Shown here: positions 53,761 through 64,000 of the stretch, piece after piece
Layout of the letters: every line of letters starts with the position of its first letter
Numbering within the stretch: position 1 is the first letter of the stretch
DNA from: Catajapyx aquilonaris
Taxonomy: Eukaryota
DNA length: 64,000 nt
Direction: 5' to 3'
NCBI GenBank assembly: GCA_000934665.2
Contig: JYFJ02002099.1
Coordinates: 1-64,000 of the forward strand
Notes under the pieces: model-generated
The model's input: the letters and a program-made list of their open reading frames with translations, nothing else
Database searches by the model: none
What the model was told of the DNA's origin: nothing
Made by a program: the position numbers and the translations under genes

Positions 53761-55612
53761 TATAATTTATGGGGTACATCAAGAATCGATATGCATGGGA
53801 TACGGTATATCGAAAATCGACAGTCTCTCAGCATAAACGGAAAATGTTGTTGGTATGTACCCTGCTGGCTACCTAACTCACTTTCGGACTACTGAGAATA
53901 CTGAAACTTGGCACACTGATGGCTTACTAAATTGGAAATACCACGACAAAGGCACAAAACGATATCGAAAATATCAAAATACGATATATTATTTGAGAAA
54001 CCAAAGAAGCAGCATGACGTGATGTATCAAGCCGAAAGCACAATGTCAGTACAGGGTATGTTTTTACATGGCCATACAAATCCATAGATTTCATTGGTGT
54101 AGCTCTAAAATAGCGTTCCCATTGGATTTCCCAGAGTATTCGACATTCTTTGACATGGCTCAATACTGTGACACATGCTCTTCCATTTTATGGAAAACTC
54201 TTTTTTCCACCTCCCTCGAGTGCAAATCTTTCATACTCCTGCTTTTACGGGAAGCACCCCCCACCTTATAGGATTTTCATATTCAAAATTACTACCGGCT
54301 GAAAGGAAGTTGCCCAGGGGCTCAGGAATATATTTTTTGTCTTACTTTACGCCAGAACCTCTCCTTTTTGGCTTATGCCAATACATAATTTTGAACTACT
54401 TCACAAGGAGCTGTACCACGCCTATATAAAATATAGCCCCCCCCCCCCCTTTCCCTTACCTCCTTTTCGCAAGGCTCTCCAGCAATATTAGCTCCGTTTT
54501 TATTGATTTTCCTCCATCCCTGCTCCAGCGATTCCTTGTGCTTCTTCATAATCTTGCAGGCATGTGTGGCAGCCTCTAGAAAGCCTACCTAACGAGCCAA
54601 GTCGACACTAACTTACTAATCTTCACATAATCGTCCGTCGTTCCTAAATCGCATGTAAGGTGTCCGAATTTGCAAGTTACAAGTCACCTATCAGCTATCT
54701 GTAATGAAAAGCAGAAACTTGTGTTACAGATTTGTTATGTAACTTTCTTTTTCGTCAACCCCAAGAGTTTGCCGAATGAGTCTCGGTCTTTCCTCCAGGG
54801 CTCTATTCTTGGGGGCTAGAAGCACCAGCTGCGACTTACTCCTATTCAGAGTTAGCTGTCAGCCCTAGTGGATTCTGCGACATGACTTGCTAAAAAGAGG
54901 CCTCGGGACGTGCTAGACTTTCGATAGTTCGTAATGTAGGCAAACTCTCAGCAAAGCTTTTTCCCCTCAGTAATTACTAGCCGCTCGAGCGTTTTACGGG
55001 GCCCTGTGTTGTCAGCTCACCTGGAGCTTGCTGGGAGTGCTTTATTGTATGTGTGCTTTTGCTTAGTTTCCGCTCGACTTGAGAAGCAATACTGTGCAGA
55101 GGCCTGTGCTGTGTAAGATACTTCCGCGTTTAATTTTAAGCCATGCGTAAGTTGATAAGGAGATGAAGCGCATGAATTACGAGCACGTAGGATGAAAGAA
55201 AAACTGCGGTAAGTGGTAGCAGAGTGTGAAATTCAGCTTCATGCTCTTGTAAAAGGTGGTAAAAGCGAGAGGTAGGTCAAAGGAAAAAGCCGTAGAGTTG
55301 GAGGACCTCAAATGAGGACACAGAATGACACTGCACATATTGAAAGCCATACTTATGAAGATCATTCCCTAGATATGTCTCCAGATAGCATTTTTTTAGA
55401 GAGTAAAAAAGCGGACAAGCTTCAGGCAACCGTCGCCACTGTGACACAAAGCTTGACGACGACACGCAGCCCATAAGTCCCCTGTCATGGCTTCGCGGAC
55501 GCCACCAGCTTCACTTCAACGCTCTCTAACTGTGATTGCTGTCACATGATTCATGCATGATGGGACAGCGGGCCACTCTTAACGAAAGCGCTCATTACGC
55601 CGTGAATAGCAG

Positions 55613-55721
55613 TTCTTTTTGAAGAATATCAGCTCTTTTTTGAAGAATATCGGCTGTTTTTGAAGAATATCAGCTCTTTTTTGAAGAATATCAGCTCTTT
55701 TTTGAAGAATATCAGCTCTTT
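55613..55721. repeat. 20-21-bp minisatellite x5
   Basis: Unit GAAGAATATCAGCTCTTTTTT repeated about five times with minor variation. Confidence 0.92.
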
Positions 55722-58700
55722 AAAGTGACAGCTTAGAATAGCAGTGATTTCACCAGTTAACCGCTAATCTAGCCCTATTAACATCTCTAATAAAATTGTG
55801 CCTACGAAACTAAACCCTATTTGCAGTATTTCTCCCCTCCCAATGACCACGTTATCCCCCCTACCACATTTGCCAGATTTGGTCCTCCCATTCTGCCTAA
55901 TATTCCCTGGGGTAAAATGACAACGACCGTTCACACAGCGAGGCTTTTGGCCCCCCCTCATAATCAGCTTCATCGAAACCAAAACATTCGCCTTTTCCTA
56001 GGAAAAGAAGGTCGACCTTTACATACTACAATTGAGTTATAGGATGGATCGACATTGCTGGCCAGGTCATTACTATGCACCAGGAAGAAATAAAGGAGAA
56101 ATCGGCTTTATGTCCAACTAGGTTAAATCTGACGAACAACGTTCCGGATTACTTCTGAGACACTAGTAGAAACCAGGGTAGGGCTGTAATCCATCACGAT
56201 TATTTTCTGTGAGAAGCGCTGCTTCAACTCTTAGGCATATACTGTTTCTTTGCGCCCCAGAGGAACTGAAAGCAAATACATTTCCTTCCACCCTTCCTCT
56301 CGCACGGCACACAAGTAATCCAATTATGCTCCATAGAGGAAAGGATCTTTAGGACATACTCGCACCAACGGAAGCGAGGGTTGGAAATATCACGAGTGGA
56401 ATAAAAATCGAATAAAAAATGCCTCATTGAGAGCAGGAGTCGTCGTACAGAATGCGGAATGATATAGCTTTCAGTACTGGTCGAGTCTAGCTCTGCATAA
56501 TGCGGTGCACAGTTTGGGCGTGACTTACGAGACACGTTGGATTAACCCCCCCAGCATTTTTCTTTCCATCCCGCTTTTCCTCGACAGGCCAAATTGAAGT
56601 TGACTGTAATTCCCTGCAAAATACCGTAATTACGCGATTCAGCGCAGTTGCTCGCTCCCGTGTGTCTGCATTACTAGGCCAGCACTCTTTAAGCCCCCCT
56701 CGCGCCGGCGTAAAACTTGACAATGACTTGGCACAACGCAATAAACTTGGGGTCCCTCATCCTCGTTACGAAAGAAAAAAAACCAGGACCTAATCCCGGA
56801 CCTTGCATACAAGACGGTATCGATTTCACAGTTCTTAGCCCACATTCCTTCATTGTAAGGTGCACCGTATTATTACAGTTGCTCAGCATACCACAAGTAA
56901 TATGAACCCTATTCGCAATTAATCGCTGCTCATTCCTGCTACAACTTGACCCCCGGTCCTTCTAAGCAGAAAGCGTCCTGGCTGCGCCAAACTGCTTCTT
57001 TTATATATATAAAAAAATCCTACGTTTCCCAGTGACCCTTAGTGAGATGGATCCGATTCCCTTGCGCCTTGTGCTCAACGCTCACACCGGGAGGCCCGGC
57101 GTTCCACTTGAAAAGACGACGATTTACCCCAGGATTGAGTCCGTTTTTGGCCTGGGGCATGCAGTAGGAAGTGCGGCACAAAGAGGGACGGTCCGATGCC
57201 GGATGAGGAAAGAGGAAAGGGTGTTCCCAAACTCTGCCTTTGCTATTTTTTTGGGGGGGTAGAAGAAAAGTACCAACAAAGTTGCTGCGGGGGTTCCCCG
57301 ACTCGGTGGAGATTTAACCTGGTGCTTGGTTGGGTTAGAGCAAACTCTGGGGGTTGGGTGCGGCCGGCAAGCCAAGCCCAAACTCGGTTAGTTCAATCTG
57401 CAGATTCTACTGGACTCAAGAGTTGGGGGTGGTTGCACCATAAACACACTTTCACCTCATGTTTAACGGAGATGAGGCTAACCCTCCCAGCTGCATGGGT
57501 TCTACATGCAGATTTGACAAGGTAAACAAGAGGATTTACCTTCTACAAAGCCTCATTTGATGCTTTTAGGGAGAAGGTGATGTGTGTTTATTTACGTATT
57601 ATTATTGCATTTATGACAACTTCCTAGACCTACACATGGGACGACACTAGGTTTAGGTGGTCTTAAGATAAGACAATTGGGTCAGGCCTGCCTTATGAGA
57701 ATGGCTGTAGTATATCACAGTCGGCTTCACTGTTTGCCTTTTCGTTTTGCCTATCGGTTTGGTATCAGCTGTTCTCGACGGCCTTAACGGGCTTAACCCC
57801 GATCTCATCTAACTTTGGGAGCGCTTTTTGGAGCAAAAGAAACTGGTGACAAAAAGGGAAGGGAAGTCCTCGACGGAACAATGAGGAGTTTGTTCCACGT
57901 GCGTGATTGAGACAGGACTAATGACGGCGAGATCATTCCCCGCGATAACAACTTTCTCGACAGGGACACCCCCCAAATTTTGAGAGGGTAAGTGCCTTAA
58001 TTACGCCAAAATTTTCCTTCGGGGGCTGTACTTTATTCCACAACTTTTTGGAAAAGACTTCAAGAGTAATTGGTAAAACAGATTCGATTATGTGTGTCAA
58101 TAAAATGGAGCATGCACAGAAATCTGTCAGCATTGGGAGACCCCCTGCAAATTTACTTCTAGCGAGATGGAAGTCTACAAGTGCCTCTCAAAAAAAAAGT
58201 TTGTAAGTGGCCTGAGGAGAGGAAAAAATGCATCATGTTTAGAGAATTGAAAACTTTTGCACGATTTTGTCCTGTGGTCTTTTGTCAAAATTTTGTACAA
58301 GTTCATGAAGAGTGATCCAATTAAAATGGGTTTTTTTTGCCATAAGGTCATATTTTAATGGCTTATGGTGAAAGTTTATTCAGTTGAACACATCCTGCAG
58401 AGAAATGCCTTGTTGTGTCACTCCTTGACCCAGCATACACTTCATTTCATGACACATTCAAGTAGGAGTTTTCCCGTGACAGTAACATCATGAAGCACAC
58501 AAAGCCTCTAAAATGGTTCTTCGCAGCAACGCCATTCTCACAATGCGGCCGTATTTGTCACCTTTAGAACACAAAAGGTGCAAATGTCAGGACTTTCTGA
58601 GTCAGACTATTCCGAGTGTTCCAAACCGGGATGTAAACCCTCCAAGATATCCGAGCTTCAAGAATACATAGCACCAAGAGTTGGCATGAATATCGCGGAC

Positions 58701-61700
58701 AATGTGTAAATATTTGCTCAGACAGGTCGTAATCTTGAGTCATTCCCCATCATTTGCACTGCGAATGTACTTTTTTGGGTAACTTGAGAGGTGTTTATCT
58801 TGAGAGTTCAACAACCTTGCGTGAAACACAAAACTCGTTGGCATCCTTCTCAGATCAGCAATATAATATATGTGGCATAAATTCGGTTGCGTATGAAGCG
58901 CAATGGCTATTGTTGTAAGTGTGTAACCATGTTAGAAAATTATGGACGTCAGCCTTACGGCCTTGCAGTTAGACCAAGTTTGTTCCGTGCACCGTATATT
59001 ATTTAGCGAAGGTATATTCTTCGTGTACTGAACAAGTTTCTCTGCAGCGTAACTTCCCGTTACTGCATCTTGGTGGGGGGTGCAATGAATTCATAACTTC
59101 CTCGCACTCTCCAGACATTTCCAGATCTTCTTTATAAAGCGATAATTTTATTTATACTGCAGCTATAGTTATGGTTACTAGTTTTAGTGAAATTCCCATC
59201 AGAGGAATTTCTACACTTAAGTTAAGTTTACACTTAAAAATTGGGGGACCTGTAAGTAGAAATATATAATTTTTTCCACCTGTCATAAGTGGAAAAGAAT
59301 TGTACATTTTCCACTTACATAAGTGTATGCTTGCTTCACTCTGAAAGGAACAAAAAAAATCAACTTTGGCCAAATTTCACACGCCACAAGCTTCAACTAT
59401 TACATATATTGAGCAGTTTGAGATCGATGACCTTTATAGCCTTGCATTTCATTGGAAGAATTTATATATTCACCTACTGCAGCTTCAGAGCCTGAAAATG
59501 GACCTCTGCTGATAGTATGCAATTATGTTTGCTTTTCAAAAAAAAAAAAAGAGGCAGAAAATGCGAGCCTGAATTTTCTACCCGAATATGGATTTTAGTT
59601 TGCACGTGAAAATTAACTTTGTAACACAAATGTCAGCATTTTGCTCCTGCAAAAAAGCATGTAAACAAGCAGATCAAAGAAACCAATGACAGTGACGGTT
59701 GCATATTATAATTTAACCTTTCACATCTGCGGAATTGAATGAGCGTAATCCTGCTCTATTTTTTTTTACATATAAAGAGAATTACTGTATTATTTTTTTA
59801 AATCAACCATGTGGAAACGCTATTGTATCGACACCGTTTGGCAAATTAATTACACTTTACATCACTTCTCAGTAATCCTAACGACTTGTTTAATGCATAT
59901 TCCAAGTTATCTGGACATATTTACGCCTAACTACAGTACATCACATAACCACAAATACAAATCAAGTCCTGGCGTAAAACCAGACTTTGGCTTGCATCTA
60001 GTTCAACTGAAAACTCCCTAAAAATCAATACCCACGTTTTATTCAGTTTCAATATAAGGCCGTTTGATCCTAAAAGTTTCACCAGTTCAGAAATAACTTT
60101 CCCACGCAGTTAAATTGCATCCCCCATAGGATTGTATGTATTTTTTTTCCCCCAGTCTAAATATGCATGGAATACTGCAAAGGTAGCCACATTTCGTCAC
60201 CGGAGCTGCATACAATCATTATGAGGTGGCCAACCATTTTTTGGGGGGTACGAAGCGATGAACAGTGCAGGTCATGTTCCAAACTAAGCTGTGTTGCATA
60301 TAGAACATACCGAGGGGGGAAAAAACCGTTGGGAATTTTTCCCTATGGAAATAAGGCCGATTGCATTTGGCATGGACGCCAACCTTTTTTTTGTTCTTTT
60401 TTTTTTACTACAGAAGAGAAATTCGAGCAAATTCTTTTTGATTTGATGTTGTTGCAGTCAAGATTGCGGCAACGTATCAAAAAGTGAAATCGACAGTTTT
60501 GTGTTGTTCGCTTATATATATTTTTTGCTACAAAAAGATCAAGGTGTATAACTTTCATTTTAAGAGCCAGAGATCGATACATCATTCGTGACGTAAGTTC
60601 CTGAATATTTTTTTGGACATATTGCAAAAAAAACAAGGTGACGATTTATTCGTTCTGCAGATTCAAACTTTTACATTTTGCAGACATGCTGGAAAACAAT
60701 ATTGATTTTGGTTTTGGCATGATAGGCAGCTCGATCGGAACTGCAATAATTACGCTGTTATGCAACCAAACGCTGCATTAATGATTTCCCGTCCAAAAGC
60801 GTTAAAAGGCGAGACTTCCTTCCCACAATATTAAAAATTTGTGCAACCCAATTCGCATTAATCCTCATATGACACCTGTTCAGCATAATTTTTGATGCCC
60901 TATAAAGTACAGGATGTACCTAAACGTTCCTCCCGAATGGGAATTAACAGATATGCAAATTGCACGAGAATATCCAAAATCCAACGGGTGACTCTAATTA
61001 AATAAAGCAGGAGAGAAATAAATGTTATGATTGCACCCCAATCATTTACCGTATTTGCAGTTGGAGTGTGCCACTAAATCATAACGCATCCGTGATGGCA
61101 TCGACTCACTTTACGCAGCATTACTGCACATACCATTTAACACGTGACAATTAAACTGATAATCCGAATCATCCCCGCATATTGATACGAGTAACTTTGG
61201 ACCAGCCATATTTTGCAATGTTTATGAAGACTTAGTTGGCATAGTGGTATCAATATTTCTCATTCAAAAAAAAAAATTGGTGACAAACGTCACTCATTAT
61301 TACGCCAGCTTCTCGACATCCCCCATTGAAAAGTCAATACCCCCCTGATGCCATGCTTGTAATTTAACAACGCGGAAATAAAAGTCTGGACAGCACCAGC
61401 GACTATCGAATCATCCTGCATTACCGGTCACACACCTTTTAATTTCCAAATCAATGAAAATTATAATGATATATATCCCTCAATCACAGTTAACGCTCGA
61501 AAGCTCCATTCGAAATTGCTATTATGATTCACATTATGTCCCCACACGATGCTATCATTCAACGAGTTTAGGGTCAAGAAAATGCGGTATATGCTCCAAT
61601 AATAATTCGACATATACCGATCAGACTCCTGCTCTAATCACTGTTAATGAGCCAACACGCAATTATGATTTGATCATTTATATCGACCCATCAGAAAATT

Positions 61701-64000
61701 CGCAATATTGCGATTTTTGTCTTTTAGCACCCCAAAAAATGGCAGGATTAACTTCCAACCTCAAATTCGATCATCCCTGCCCCATGGCCAAGAAAACGCT
61801 CCAGTTCTAAAGGATTCGACACGTATTGATGAACTCTTGCCAAAACTCCTGCGAAAAAAAAAACCCCCCGTTTCATCTTCGTAATGAACCCGGATCATCA
61901 ATCCCAGTCCGGTTTCCCACATTTATTCATAGTTTTTCCATCCCCCACCTCCCCCTATAGCATGCTCGAGGTAGTCACATAGCAACGTCTACAAGCCCAT
62001 CCCGTTTGCAGGCTTGCGTGAAATGACTAAGCGAAGCTGTACGCCGAATTAACAACTGGAAAGTGATTGGTGCACTGGACGCGGAGTGCAGAAAGCGATT
62101 TATCCGCTGAAAAATGGAGAGCAATCATAGCAATAGCTAGAAGGAAAAATTTTTTTGAGTTTTTTTTAGAAATTTGTTGCGCGGGGTTTGTAATCAGGTG
62201 CGCAGTCTGTGGCTGCAATCTGGTGCGAAATATTGATGAAATGCGAGGGAAACTAGTTGGTCTACCAACTGCTTCATTTGGAAATCAAGAAGGGAGCAGA
62301 TGAGCTGGCATTATCTTTTGGGGGGTCTACTCCCCACCCTAAAATTTATACCCGCGCCACGTGTCATCACATCCGATATGCCCATTAATTTATAGCACGA
62401 TCGTTCATCACGACTAGAAAACAATACAGACCAGATTTTGCGGATTTCAAGTCAAATTAACCCTGATGTGGTCCTATATGTAGAACACTTCATATATGCC
62501 CATAAAAATATTTCTGATTGCAAATTTTCGTTCCATTTTTTTCTCAAAAAGAATGAGTTGATGTGCGTGCTGAGAGAGCCAAAAAAATAGGTCTGGAATC
62601 AGGAACCCTATTTTTGTTCGTGAGTAGGGCTATAAAGAAAGCTGTCCATCACAGAAACGGAAAGCTTATCGTTTTCCTTGCCCGCTTTTCCGCTGCATCC
62701 AAGAAAATGACAACTGGAGACTGGAAAATATGACGGCGCAGCCTCCATAGCATAAATGCTATATTCCAACAAGATAGGGGGATCTTATAAAGTGAGAATG
62801 AAAGGAATTCACTCCAATTAACTGGAAATACTTGTGGAATCCTCTGACTTAACTGTAACTGCCAGTATATTGATATACAGGGGGGTCTATAAAGCAATTC
62901 CGACCTGTCTGCCTTAGTGTTTTTTTTTTTGTCAGAATATACCAACATTCCATTAACAAACATGGAAGCCTACTGTATAATAAGCGCTGAGCTGTCTATA
63001 CGCATGACGGATTAATTTCGTGGTCCCTCGAGTTTGTTACAGGTATACGGCATGCTTGCGATGAAATATGGAAAGAGAGCAAAAAAAAAAATCATTTCCG
63101 GAGAAGAGGAAATTGCATTGTCTCTTTCACCATGGGGAGCGCCTTACATCAAGGCCAGAAATATTGCTGCATAAGTACATTGAATATTGGAAGTTGCCTT
63201 CGATCCGTTTGCAACACCCTGTAGATGCCGGTAATGATTAGGCCTCTGCTGGATGCAGGCGTAACTAATCTACAAACTTCCAAGAGGTGAGAACGCTGAT
63301 TGGATCGGCAGACGTCACAGACCATTTAGAAATGGAAGTGGCTGCACCGGAAGACAATGTAGAAAGCCCCCTTATCCATGTTTTAGAATCATTATGTGCA
63401 ATTGTTACCACTACTGTAATGAAAATCCGATACAGGATATTCGAAACAATGCCAAATTACGCGTCATCACAGTTAAACAATATGCTACAGTGTAGTAGCT
63501 GTTATCGGAGGAATTGGCCTTGTTTGAGATTTCATATACTGGTATCGATATTATACAGTGCACTCTGCTCGTCTTGCACTCGGATTATTAGGCACTCAAG
63601 CCTTAGTAATATGGAGGCTACATTAATTTATTAACAGTTATGGGAATGCCATTAAGCTTCTGCAATTTTTTTTGTTAAATCGGGCCATTTACAATCATAT
63701 TTTCACTTGGAATCATCTATTTGTTCTCCATTTTCTGGAGAGAAAAATGATTCGCTACGCTCGACGGTGGGGATTCGCCCCCCCTGGCTTCGCTCCCTTC
63801 GCGTGAAATATGATATGCCGTTACGTCACATCCGGCTCCCAGACAAGTGGAGAATCAACTCCACAATTTAATTCTTACACATTGCAATCGTGTAATCATT
63901 TACTAGGAGAGCAAATTATGCAAAAAAAGACCGCAATTTTAATTAGCAGTGGCTATTTATATGCTGATATGCGGAAATTAAGCGGTTTTAAGTGGGAAAT

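Noticed and set aside
55613..55721. Short direct repeats considered as a CRISPR-like array (also 8470-8545 and 46320-46405)
   Set aside because: The units are contiguous with no unique spacers, there are no cas genes, and the context is eukaryotic.
57025..57262. tttcccag|T GAC CCT could continue exon C as RSG-D-P, the expected neuroligin GDPN/GNPN
   Set aside because: The next codon is TAG and no frame resembles the following neuroligin sequence. Treated as chance; the real next exon is probably beyond the window.
58150..59060. Complex stretch considered as a decayed transposase
   Set aside because: The frames I translated by hand were broken by stops and showed no recognisable motif.

Overview
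Eukaryotic (arthropod, probably insect) genomic DNA, about 98% intronic. The only confidently coding sequence is three + strand internal exons (21131-21328, 45497-45851, 52463-52966) that splice in frame through GT-AG junctions into about 350 aa of a catalytically dead cholinesterase-like domain. The nucleophile motif reads GHGTG instead of GESAG, which identifies a neuroligin, most like the insect Nlg3 clade. I found no other exons of this gene in the window. The introns are full of small non-autonomous DNA-transposon derivatives (MITE/foldback elements from several families), an internally deleted mariner, a tRNA-derived SINE with an (ATT)n tail, (TTAGG)n-like tracts and minisatellites. I cannot demonstrate a new biological system from the sequence alone. 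The best leads are four tandem IR1 ecdysone-response-like elements (8470-8545), eight perfect CRE palindromes, seven of them MITE-borne, just upstream of the third exon (51675-52236), a possible nested antisense coding exon (16294-16644), and long foldbacks bracketing the third exon. Nearly all ORFs in the supplied track look spurious. Family assignments come from motif recall, not database searches.
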